Source: Promethearchaeota archaeon (lineage in GTDB: Archaea > Asgardarchaeota > Lokiarchaeia > Sigyniarchaeales > SOKP01). Taken from it: 25,478 nucleotides of DNA. Both the position numbers and the translations under genes were made by a program. The stretch's first letter is position 1; each line of letters opens with the position of its first letter. Below the pieces are notes generated by a model. The model was not told where the DNA came from. It ran no database searches and saw only the letters and a list, made by a program, of their open reading frames with translations. Location: positions 1 through 25,478 of the forward strand of contig JBHLMQ010000045.1 of NCBI GenBank assembly GCA_048938005.1, given 5' to 3'. Shown piece after piece: positions 17,313 to 25,478 of the stretch.

Positions 17313-19046
17313 TTATTTCAATATTTTAATTCCACGAACTTCTAGTTTATGTAGAAAATCAAGGTAACCCTTAAGATTATTCTTTTCTAAGTTAAGATAC
17401 TGAAGTGATGGTAATGATTCAATAGATTCTGGTAATGCACTCAAATAATTTGTTCTTAGGAATAAATACTTTAAAGATTTTAGAAATCCAATAGATTCAG
17501 GAAGACTGGATAATTTATTGTTACCTAAATATAAATACTTAAGAGATTGCAAAGAACCAATAGAATCTGGAACTTCATTCAACTCATTATAATACAAATA
17601 TAAATGTTTAAGTGAAGTAAGAGCACCTATGGATTCAGGAAGATATTTTATATGATTTTTGCCCAGATCTAGGATTTCTAAAGTTGTGAGAAAACCAATT
17701 GATTTCGGAATATTTTCTAATCGGTTAAATCCTAAAATTAAAGTTTTTATTACAGGGAGAGAGCCAATTGAAACTGGAATGTCTGTTAACTTATTTGTAG
17801 AAATATCTAATTCTAATAATGATTCAAGCGAACCTATTGAGTCTGGAAGTTTCTTTAATTCATTCTTGCTTAAATCCAAAATTTTCAATGAAGATAATAG
17901 CCCAAAAGAAGCAGGTAGAGCCTCTATTCTATTATCATATAAGTTCAATTCCCTTAATGATTTTAATAATCCTATGGATTCGGGTAATTCGCTTAAATTA
18001 TTAATTTCAAGTTTTAAGTTTTCAAGTTTGTTAAGATTTCCAATTGATTCTGGAATTTTAATTAATCTATTATGATCACATCTTAAAATCTGAAGAGAAG
18101 AAAGATTACCTATAGATTCTGGTAAAGATGATAATTGATTGTTAGAAAGCTCTAATCGAATTAATGATTTGAGCTCCCCTATTGATTCTGGAAGATTTAT
18201 TAAATTATTGGATGAAAGACTTAAATTTTCTAAAGAATTTAATGAACCAATTGTTACTGGTAGAGCTTTTATTTTATTTGATGTTAAACCTAAATATATC
18301 AAATTAATAAGTTCACCAATAGAATTTGGAAGGTTTTCTAAATCATTTCCTTTTATAAAGAGAGAAGTTAATGATGAGAGGGTACCAAATGTTTCTGGAA
18401 GCCTTATGATTTTGTTATTTCTTAGATTTAATCTTTTTAGCGAATTTAATTTACTAATTGATTCTGGAAGCAATCTTAATTCATTATTCCCCAAATAGAG
18501 GATTTCTAAAGAACTGAGGTCTCCCATTGATTTTGGTAGTTTTTCAATATTATTTCCACTTAAATCTAAAGTCTGTAATTTAAGCATTTTTCCTAAAGAA
18601 TTAGGTATATTTTCCAATTCATTTTCACTTAAATCTAAAACTTCAAGAGATGGGAGAGAGCCAAGTGATTCTGATAAATTTTTCAAATGATTCGATTCCA
18701 AATGTAATTCTTTAAGCTCAGTAAGGGAATAAAGTGACTCAGGCAACTCAATCAATTCATTTTCGCTTAAATCTAGAACCTCAAGAAAAGGAAAAGAAGA
18801 AAGTTCTATATTAATAGTTCTCAAATTATTGCCTCTAAGATAAATGTGTTTAAGTGATGTTAGCGTTTCAATTTCCTTTGGAATTGTTGATAATCTACAA
18901 GAATATAAACTTAAACCAGTTATATTCTGTTCATGTTCAAAATAACCAAAAGAATAACGTTCCAGTTGAGAAATCTTTAACAATGACTCTCCAACTTGGT
19001 CTTCGATTATCTCTAGTGCTTTTTGTTCTTTTTCTGAAATGGTCAT
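17313..19046 (-). CDS. Leucine-rich repeat protein (23 tandem 23-aa LRRs, cytoplasmic)
   Basis: The consensus LxxLPESIGxLxSLxxLxLxxNx is repeated without interruption. There is no signal peptide, TM helix or other domain. Confidence 0.95.
   Translation of the reverse strand: MTISEKEQKALEIIEDQVGESLLKISQLERYSFGYFEHEQNITGLSLYSCRLSTIPKEIETLTSLKHIYLRGNNLRTINIELSSFPFLEVLDLSENELIELPESLYSLTELKELHLESNHLKNLSESLGSLPSLEVLDLSENELENIPNSLGKMLKLQTLDLSGNNIEKLPKSMGDLSSLEILYLGNNELRLLPESISKLNSLKRLNLRNNKIIRLPETFGTLSSLTSLFIKGNDLENLPNSIGELINLIYLGLTSNKIKALPVTIGSLNSLENLSLSSNNLINLPESIGELKSLIRLELSNNQLSSLPESIGNLSSLQILRCDHNRLIKIPESIGNLNKLENLKLEINNLSELPESIGLLKSLRELNLYDNRIEALPASFGLLSSLKILDLSKNELKKLPDSIGSLESLLELDISTNKLTDIPVSIGSLPVIKTLILGFNRLENIPKSIGFLTTLEILDLGKNHIKYLPESIGALTSLKHLYLYYNELNEVPDSIGSLQSLKYLYLGNNKLSSLPESIGFLKSLKYLFLRTNYLSALPESIESLPSLQYLNLEKNNLKGYLDFLHKLEVRGIKILK
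17364..18925 (-). repeat. Degenerate 69-bp tandem coding repeat (LRR units)
   Basis: Recurrent gattc(t/a)gg and aat(a/t)gattc words follow the 23-codon period. Boundaries are approximate. Confidence 0.7.
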
Positions 19047-19208
19047 TTTTATTATTTTAGGTTTAATATTATTCTAGAAATATTATCAAGTATACCTTAA
19101 AAAATAATATAATCTCGTAATATTTATGTATGATATATTTGAAATAAAATTAGAATTAGCAGAAATTTAAATAAAAAAAGATTTAAAATAAAATATAAAC
19201 ATTTGATA

Positions 19209-20408
19209 TTAGAAGTCGACATCCTTTCCTTCATAAGCATAAGTGAATAATTTTTCAAACTCCGCCTTATTTGGGATTCTTGGCACTAATACGCTAGTAG
19301 CCTCTTGAAAACATAACATAATTAATGTTTTAAAATTTTCCTCAAAATCATTTTTAGATACACCTGTTTCTTTAAGACTTGAAGGAAAATTAACTTTTTT
19401 TTGAAGTTCTTTAATATTATGCACTACTTTATAAGCTGCTTTTTTATCATCTTCATCCCATTTAGCCCATCCTAATTGTTTTGCTAGCTTACTATAGATT
19501 TTTACACCCTCGGAACTCTCATTAGGATCGTTTAAAATATATTGTACAGCATAAGGAAGAGAAATTCCACATGCTATCCCGTGCGGTACATGAAAGAGTG
19601 AGCCAAAAATGTGACCTAAAGTGTGCGCAAGCATAACTTGAGCATTTCCGAAAGCCAATCCGGAGATGGTTGCTGCTTGATGCATCATATCTCTTGCTTT
19701 CTTATTTTCTCCATTTTTATATGCTAGTGGTAAATATTTAAATATAAGCTCTATAGCTTTTAAAGCCAAAGCGTTGCTGAATTCATTTCCCCAAAGAGAT
19801 ACCAAACATTCAACTGAATGGGCTAATGCATCAAATGCACTAGAGGTTGTTATGTTAGGTGGCATATTTCTAGTAAATATGGGATCAACAATGGCATAAG
19901 TAGGGACTAAACCTTTATTCATACAGAAAACTTTCTTCCACACATTATCTTCATATCTCGAAATAACTGCAACGTTTGTCGTTTCTGCTCCTGTTCCAGA
20001 ATTAGTTGTAATTGCGATCATTTTTGCTTTCTTACCCATTTCAAATAATTCAGTACTATTGATTTGAATGTTATCAATAGTATATTCTGGAAATTCATAT
20101 AAACACCAAATTGCTTTAGCTGTGTCTATAACAGAACCTCCACCTATTGCAATTATCAAATCAGGAGCATACTTTATACACTCTTCTTTTCCTTTCATTA
20201 CATCTTCTTCATGAGGATCTGGGACCACTTCGTTAAATATCATATATTTTCTTTGATATTTATCTAGCTTTTCAGTTAAGATTCTTAAAAGTCCTACTTC
20301 TTCAATACCTTTATCAGTAACAATAAAACATCTACTTCCACTTATATTTTCCAAAAAATTTAAAGAATCTTCACCAAATATTACATTAGGACTATAAAAA
20401 AACCACAT
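19209..20408 (-). CDS. Iron-containing (group III) alcohol dehydrogenase
   Basis: IVTDKG, VVPDP, IAIGGGSVIDTAK, SGTGAE, AIVDP, and metal ligands DALAH, HTLGH and HG. An AGGTGA Shine-Dalgarno lies at 20418-20423 (-). Confidence 0.93.
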   Translation of the reverse strand: MWFFYSPNVIFGEDSLNFLENISGSRCFIVTDKGIEEVGLLRILTEKLDKYQRKYMIFNEVVPDPHEEDVMKGKEECIKYAPDLIIAIGGGSVIDTAKAIWCLYEFPEYTIDNIQINSTELFEMGKKAKMIAITTNSGTGAETTNVAVISRYEDNVWKKVFCMNKGLVPTYAIVDPIFTRNMPPNITTSSAFDALAHSVECLVSLWGNEFSNALALKAIELIFKYLPLAYKNGENKKARDMMHQAATISGLAFGNAQVMLAHTLGHIFGSLFHVPHGIACGISLPYAVQYILNDPNESSEGVKIYSKLAKQLGWAKWDEDDKKAAYKVVHNIKELQKKVNFPSSLKETGVSKNDFEENFKTLIMLCFQEATSVLVPRIPNKAEFEKLFTYAYEGKDVDF

Positions 20409-20598
20409 TTATATTTTTCACCTTTAAATTAAAAATTTTTAGATTCAAAATAATATAAATATTAATTTAAATTGATAATATATTTTTGTTGTTATTAAAT
20501 TTAATAATTTAATATACATTATATTCAATTATTATTTCTCAATTTTTAAAGGAATAAAAGGGGATATATTTAAAAACAGAAAATTAGGTTAAATAGAA

Positions 20599-21006
20599 AT
20601 GAAAGAATCAGAAAAAGAAAACCTTTACTTCACATTTCAACAAACAATTGAAGATGTAATAAAGGATAAACGAAAAAATCCTAAGAATGAAAAACTATTG
20701 AATAATTTTAATGCCAAAATAAATTTAGGCTTTCAAATTGAAGAGGATTATTACTTCTGGGTAAATTTAATTGCGACAGAAGGAAATTATAGTTTAAACA
20801 AGGGAAAATTGGATGAATATGATTTAGAAGTTATGGCTGCTCCAGAAGATATATTATTCTTTGCAAATGGAGAAAATTCAACACTTCATATGCTCCTTAA
20901 AAAAAATAGATTTGGATATAGAAAATTACGTTTTTCAAAAGGATCAAATGGTAAAAACAATTTTGGAATACTACTAAAACTTCCAAAAATTCTTGTTTTA
21001 GATTAA
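20599..21006 (+). CDS. SCP2 sterol/lipid-binding domain-like protein
   Basis: 135 aa. The pattern FWVNLIATEGNYSLNKG...YDLEVMAAPEDILFFANGENSTLHMLL...KLRFSKG...ILLKL resembles the SCP2 fold (D-hydrophobic strand, helix, G, helix, KL-x-G). Confidence 0.6.
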   Translation: MKESEKENLYFTFQQTIEDVIKDKRKNPKNEKLLNNFNAKINLGFQIEEDYYFWVNLIATEGNYSLNKGKLDEYDLEVMAAPEDILFFANGENSTLHMLLKKNRFGYRKLRFSKGSNGKNNFGILLKLPKILVLD

Positions 21007-21044
21007 ATCCTATCTATAATTCTTTAACTTTTGAATAAGAATTT

Positions 21045-21674
21045 TTAAATCATTTTTTGAATCTGGTTATTTTTTAAAAGAAAGTAATATGCAAATTCTG
21101 TAACTTGTCTCGTTTTTTTATTAATTTGGAAGAGCTTTACAACTATTTCTTTTGTTTCCTCATTAATATATAATTCAATAAAAGAGGGAATACCACTTGC
21201 CACAAAGGACCAGGCTCCAGTAACACTTCCAGGATTTATTAATAAAATCCCTTTATTTGTAAGAAAAACCTCCTCTTTATGTGTGTGTCCTGAAATTAAA
21301 ATATTATAATCTTTTTCAATAGCTAAATCCTCTAATTGACTGTGATCTCCTCTTGGTTTAATCTGTGATCCATGAGTTAGCCCTATTATTAATTTTTCTT
21401 TATCTTTAAAAGATAGATCAAATTTTTGAAAAGTTGGTGAATCCCGATTCCCATAATAATAATCCATGTTTCCGATTACTCTAAAAAGAGTTTCCTTTGT
21501 TTTTTTCTTTAAAAAATCAAGAAATTCTGGGAAATTAATTACATCTCCCGTAAAAAATGTGTAATTGTAAAGTTTTATTCCTGTTAATTCATTTATTTTA
21601 TTATAAATTTGCTCAGGAAGATCTTTGGCCCGAATCGGGACGTGTGAATCTCCTATACACAATATTCGAACCAT
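21045..21674 (-). CDS. Vps29-like / MJ0936-YfcE family metallophosphoesterase
   Basis: IGDSHVPIRAKDLP, TGDV, GNMD, THGSQIKPRGD, ILISGHTHK, INPGSVTGAWS and IPSF. Confidence 0.9.
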   Translation of the reverse strand: MVRILCIGDSHVPIRAKDLPEQIYNKINELTGIKLYNYTFFTGDVINFPEFLDFLKKKTKETLFRVIGNMDYYYGNRDSPTFQKFDLSFKDKEKLIIGLTHGSQIKPRGDHSQLEDLAIEKDYNILISGHTHKEEVFLTNKGILLINPGSVTGAWSFVASGIPSFIELYINEETKEIVVKLFQINKKTRQVTEFAYYFLLKNNQIQKMI

Positions 21675-21691
21675 TATATTTATCTTTATTT

Positions 21692-23164
21692 TTAATTTTT
21701 ACTTTTATTTTTTGATTCTTGAACCAAGATCCAAAAATTCTTAACCATTTCTTCTAAACTCGGAAAGTGAGGTATATTATGTTGATTTAATAATTTAGAT
21801 ACTCTCTGAACCTCTTTAACTTCACCAATTAGCCAAAAGAATACAGGTTTTGAAGTCTGAGTGACATTTTCTATTATTTTTTTCCAGTTATTTCTAAAAC
21901 GTGTTGTACAAAACATCATATTAAATAGACCCTCAATATGTGATTCATTTATAACTAGTTTATAGACTTGTTCCATAACAACTTCTGGATTAACTTTATT
22001 CATCATAGCTTTTTCCATCGTTGGCCATATATCAACAAATGCAAATCGATTAGGAGGCATCCATTCAGGAAATAGATCTTTAAGCATTTTATAGGCATGT
22101 TCTCCAAAAAGAGGAAAATTTAATCCATAAAGCTTGACCAGATCTGCTGAAATTGTACCAGCACCACCGGAACCTGCGATCATAGATACATTTCCGTTTA
22201 TAGGCAATTTTTTACTTGTTGCATATATCATAGAAAAGGTTCTTGCAAATTGAAATAATTCATAAAAATTTCTTGCTTGGATTACACCTGATTGTTTAAT
22301 TACTGCATTAATTAATTGTGAGTTTTCTGCTAGTGCTCCTGTATGACTGAATGAAGCATTTTGCCCAAGAGATGTCATTCCTCCTTTAACTAATATTATT
22401 GTTTTATTCGGTAATTCTTTTACCCTTTTACACAATTTTATAAATTTTCTTGGATCTTTGAAAGATTCTAGATACATAACAATAACATTTACCGTTGGAT
22501 CCTCTATTAAATATTCAAGAAAATCTATTTCACTCAGATCCATTTTATTGCCAACAGTACATGAATATCTAAATCCAATTTCGGGATAATTTTCCATTAA
22601 ATACATAAGATAACCACCATTCAACATCCCTGATTGGCTTATAATAGCTATATTTCCACGCTTGTAGCTAGTAAAAACACCAAAACTAGAGAAAAATCCT
22701 CCTTTATTATCGCTTTCGTTATCACTATCTCCATCAATTCTAGTTAAACCCATGCAATTTGGACCAACAATTCTGATTTTTGAGAAATTATTTGTAATTT
22801 TTAGGATTTCATCTCGTAACTCTAAACCTTCTTTTCCAACTTCTTCAAAACCTGAGGCTTCTATAATTGCTCCTTCTATTCCTTTCTTAATACAATCTTC
22901 TAAAAGATTTGGTATTCTTTTATTTGAAACATAAAAGATTGCTATGTCGATATCGTCTTCTACTTCTAAAATAGATTTCTTAAATTCTAAGTTAAATAAT
23001 TTTCCGTTTGAATTCGGATTTATGGGGTAAATTTTTCCTTTGAAATTATTTTTTACAAGATTTTCTACTATTCGGTATCCACCTTTCACTGGATTTTTTG
23101 AAGCACCAATTACAGCAACTGACTTTGGATTTAAAAACAACTCAATTATATTATTATTAGACAA
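21692..23164 (-). CDS. NDP-forming acyl-CoA synthetase alpha-subunit-like CoA-binding protein
   Basis: LNPKSVAVIGAS, IYPINP, ASGFEE, IVGPNCMG, ISQSG, GNKMDL, MYLES and the phospho-His loop SHTGALA. There is no ATP-grasp (beta) domain. Confidence 0.88.
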   Translation of the reverse strand: MSNNNIIELFLNPKSVAVIGASKNPVKGGYRIVENLVKNNFKGKIYPINPNSNGKLFNLEFKKSILEVEDDIDIAIFYVSNKRIPNLLEDCIKKGIEGAIIEASGFEEVGKEGLELRDEILKITNNFSKIRIVGPNCMGLTRIDGDSDNESDNKGGFFSSFGVFTSYKRGNIAIISQSGMLNGGYLMYLMENYPEIGFRYSCTVGNKMDLSEIDFLEYLIEDPTVNVIVMYLESFKDPRKFIKLCKRVKELPNKTIILVKGGMTSLGQNASFSHTGALAENSQLINAVIKQSGVIQARNFYELFQFARTFSMIYATSKKLPINGNVSMIAGSGGAGTISADLVKLYGLNFPLFGEHAYKMLKDLFPEWMPPNRFAFVDIWPTMEKAMMNKVNPEVVMEQVYKLVINESHIEGLFNMMFCTTRFRNNWKKIIENVTQTSKPVFFWLIGEVKEVQRVSKLLNQHNIPHFPSLEEMVKNFWILVQESKNKSKN

Positions 23165-23193
23165 TTTTCTACCGCTTTCTTACTGATTTTTAT

Positions 23194-24309
23194 TCAATTT
23201 TCTTTATATTTTTTATATTCTTTTTGAACAAATTGATATAAATTTTTTGCTCCTTCATCATTTTCAAAATGCTTTATAACAGGAGCCAAAAATTGGTTGA
23301 GATATTTAACTATTGCTGGTTTTAAATCAGGTGGATTCAACTTACCTTCTACATAATCTTTTTCTAACTCCTTATATGAACTATATTTAATATCTCCACC
23401 ATATTTTTCGGGACGTTCAATTTCAAAGAGATCAACTAGTTCAAATATGATATATTTACAATATTCTAAAACAGGGTTTTCTTTAATTTGTTTAGGGGGA
23501 CAATATGCTTTATTTATTTTACGCATTATATCGTTAGGAGAATCTAACATAAATATTGATGAATCAGGATCGGATTTTGACATTTTAATTTCTATTGTTC
23601 TATCAACTCCAGTAACATCAGTAATGGGTGGTTTATTCAAACCCATTAACATATGATGATGAATTGCAACTGGTTTTGGTTTATTTAACTTTTTAGCAAT
23701 CTCTCTTGCTAACATATTTACTTTTCTTTGATCCATTCCTAGTTGGCATATATCTGCAGGAAGGTAAAAAATATCTGCTGCTTGCATTAAGGGATATAAT
23801 ATTTGAGAAGCGTAGAGTTTATCTGATTCATTCCTTCCCATTATTTGTGTACATCTTTTAACTCTTTTTAAAGTTGTCGCTATACCAATTTTTAATACTA
23901 ATTCCCAATATTTTGGGTCTTTTACAATATCTGAAGCATAAAGAAATTCTACCTTACTTAAATCCATTCCACAAACTTTCCATAGCTCAATGAAAAAATC
24001 TCCAACTTTTCTAATTACTTCTAAATTACCACCAAACTTTTTGTTTGCAGCAGCATGCCAATCAGCCACTAGAAATTTGAATTTTATCCCAGCTTTAGTA
24101 ATTTTATTTACATTAATAGCTCGTAAAAGACCTTGAGCAATGTGGATATTTCCAGAAGGCTCAAAACCATCATAAGCATATATTTCCTTATTATGATCAA
24201 TTTTCCATTGGATCATTTCTCTTAATTCATTTAATTCAATAATCTCTTCTCCAACTTCCTTTAATAAATCAATCTTTTCATCTAAAGTTAAAGACATATC
24301 ATCTTTCAC
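23194..24309 (-). CDS. tyrS: Tyrosine--tRNA ligase (archaeal/eukaryotic type)
   Basis: YDGFEPSG, HIGH-equivalent HIAQ, ADWHA, YPLMQAAD, LGMDQRKVNMLARE, KMSKS, KAYCP and PPDLK. The start is GTG or a nearby ATG. Confidence 0.96.
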   Translation of the reverse strand: MKDDMSLTLDEKIDLLKEVGEEIIELNELREMIQWKIDHNKEIYAYDGFEPSGNIHIAQGLLRAINVNKITKAGIKFKFLVADWHAAANKKFGGNLEVIRKVGDFFIELWKVCGMDLSKVEFLYASDIVKDPKYWELVLKIGIATTLKRVKRCTQIMGRNESDKLYASQILYPLMQAADIFYLPADICQLGMDQRKVNMLAREIAKKLNKPKPVAIHHHMLMGLNKPPITDVTGVDRTIEIKMSKSDPDSSIFMLDSPNDIMRKINKAYCPPKQIKENPVLEYCKYIIFELVDLFEIERPEKYGGDIKYSSYKELEKDYVEGKLNPPDLKPAIVKYLNQFLAPVIKHFENDEGAKNLYQFVQKEYKKYKEN

Positions 24310-24455
24310 TAAACATTTTATAATTTAGTAAATTATTAGGTTGATATAACCTTTATGGATTTTAGAAATTCACTATTAAATTGAATAATTAATATTTATC
24401 TTTTCTCTTTTTATTTTAACAAGAGAAGAAATCTCTTAATAAGGAAAAATTATGA

Positions 24456-25478
24456 TTACTTTTTTTGCTCGATCGCAGCTTGAGCTGCTGCAATCCTTGC
24501 AACAGGGATCCTAAAAGGAGAACAAGAAACATAATCTATACCAATTGAATGAGCAAACTTAATCGAATTAGGCTCACCACCATGTTCACCGCATATTCCT
24601 GTTTTGAGATCAGATCGTGTCTGCTTACCTAACTTTATTGCCATTTTCATTAATTTCCCTACACCATCCTGGTCTAAAATCTCAAATGGATTAGTTTCTA
24701 ATATTTCCTTGTTGAGATAAATTGGGAGAAATTTTCCCTCAGCATCATCTCGGGAAAATCCAAATGTCATCTGTGTTAAATCATTTGTACCAAAAGAAAA
24801 AAATTCTGCTTCTATTGCGATTTCATCTGCGGTTAATGCCGCTCGGGGAATCTCTATCATTGTACCAAATTTGTATTCTAATTCTACGTCATAGCTTTTT
24901 ATTGTTTCTAAAGCTACTTGCATTAATTGAGCTTTAACAAACTGTAATTCTGAAATCATCCCTACTAAAGGAATCATAACCTCAGGTATAACATCAATCC
25001 CTTTCCGTTTAAGTTCGCAAGCAGCTTGAAATATTGCCTTTACTTGCATCTCGTTAATTTCAGGCCAAACTATGCCCAATCGGCAACCTCTGAGTCCCAT
25101 CATGGGGTTTTCTTCGGAGAGAGACCTAATTAAAGAGATAACTTTATTCTTATCTGTTATTTCATCATCTAACGGACTCACATTTAATAATGATCTTGAT
25201 AAAGCATTTGTCATTTTAAGTTCTTGACTTTCTAATAGAACAGTAGATAACTCGGGTAAAAATTCATGCAGAGGAGGATCTAATAATCTAATTGTTACGG
25301 GTTTTCCTTCCATTATTTTAAAAATTTCATAAAAATCCTGTTTTTGCCATGGTAAAATTTTATTAAGAGAGTCTTGACGATCTTCTGTTGTCCGAGCCAT
25401 TATCATTTTTTGAACTGTTGGTAGACGATCTTGCGCCATAAACATATGTTCTGTCCTACAAAGCCCAATTCCCTCAGC
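24456..25478 (-). CDS. ppdK: Pyruvate, phosphate dikinase, C-terminal PEP/pyruvate-binding domain (5' end lies beyond the window)
   Basis: The frame is open to the window edge: [84 protein letters not shown] and YVSCSPFR. Confidence 0.96.
   Translation of the reverse strand, partial: AEGIGLCRTEHMFMAQDRLPTVQKMIMARTTEDRQDSLNKILPWQKQDFYEIFKIMEGKPVTIRLLDPPLHEFLPELSTVLLESQELKMTNALSRSLLNVSPLDDEITDKNKVISLIRSLSEENPMMGLRGCRLGIVWPEINEMQVKAIFQAACELKRKGIDVIPEVMIPLVGMISELQFVKAQLMQVALETIKSYDVELEYKFGTMIEIPRAALTADEIAIEAEFFSFGTNDLTQMTFGFSRDDAEGKFLPIYLNKEILETNPFEILDQDGVGKLMKMAIKLGKQTRSDLKTGICGEHGGEPNSIKFAHSIGIDYVSCSPFRIPVARIAAAQAAIEQKK

Noticed and set aside
17313-19046. LRR array as a CRISPR array or DGR target
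   Set aside because: The repeats are degenerate in-frame coding units with no spacers, and there is no cas gene, reverse transcriptase or adenine-specific template/variable repeat pair.
17659-19060. Plus-strand ORFs with periodic PIDSG motifs opposite the LRR gene
   Set aside because: The periodicity is simply the reverse complement of the LPESIG repeat codons.
24403-24437. Short alternative hairpins (ttctctt/aagagaa; aagaga/tctctt) between ppdK and tyrS
   Set aside because: The 6-7 bp low-complexity stems are too weak to call a terminator or attenuator.
6260-24937. Other short ORFs (6260, 7193, 9116, 11588, 11601, 12814, 13252, 22752, 23447, 24722)
   Set aside because: All are fully nested in well-supported genes, either antisense or out of frame, with no coding signal.
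24456-25445. ppdK as a 329-aa short gene or pseudogene
   Set aside because: The frame stays open to the window edge with conserved residues ([11 protein letters not shown]), so it is truncated only by the window.

Overview
AT-rich (about 30% GC by eye) archaeal chromosomal segment. Its gene content points to an Asgard archaeon, probably Lokiarchaeia: archaeal RadA and TyrRS, a longin-like domain with the DPELISGFISAISSF motif, a Vps29-like protein, a long LRR protein and an SCP2 protein. There are 17 protein-coding genes. These are a 1560-aa receptor-like membrane protein (glycosylated Ig-like ectodomain, TM helix, cytoplasmic longin-like, winged-helix-like and MIT/TPR-like domains), a small protein ending in a Z-alpha-like winged helix, radA with an unusual Zn-finger plus acidic N-terminal extension, a PGI-like protein, aspartate kinase, a U32 protein, a histidine-degradation cluster (hutU-hutH-hutI plus a convergent glutamate formiminotransferase), a 23-repeat LRR protein, an Fe-ADH, SCP2, Vps29-like, an acyl-CoA synthetase alpha subunit, tyrS, and the 3' part of ppdK. 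I saw no rRNA, tRNA, CRISPR array or mobile element. The most interesting signals are the receptor-like architecture, the Z-alpha-like protein next to the extended RadA with a perfect palindrome upstream of radA, and the Vps29 homologue. All family assignments come from motif recognition by eye; no searches were run.
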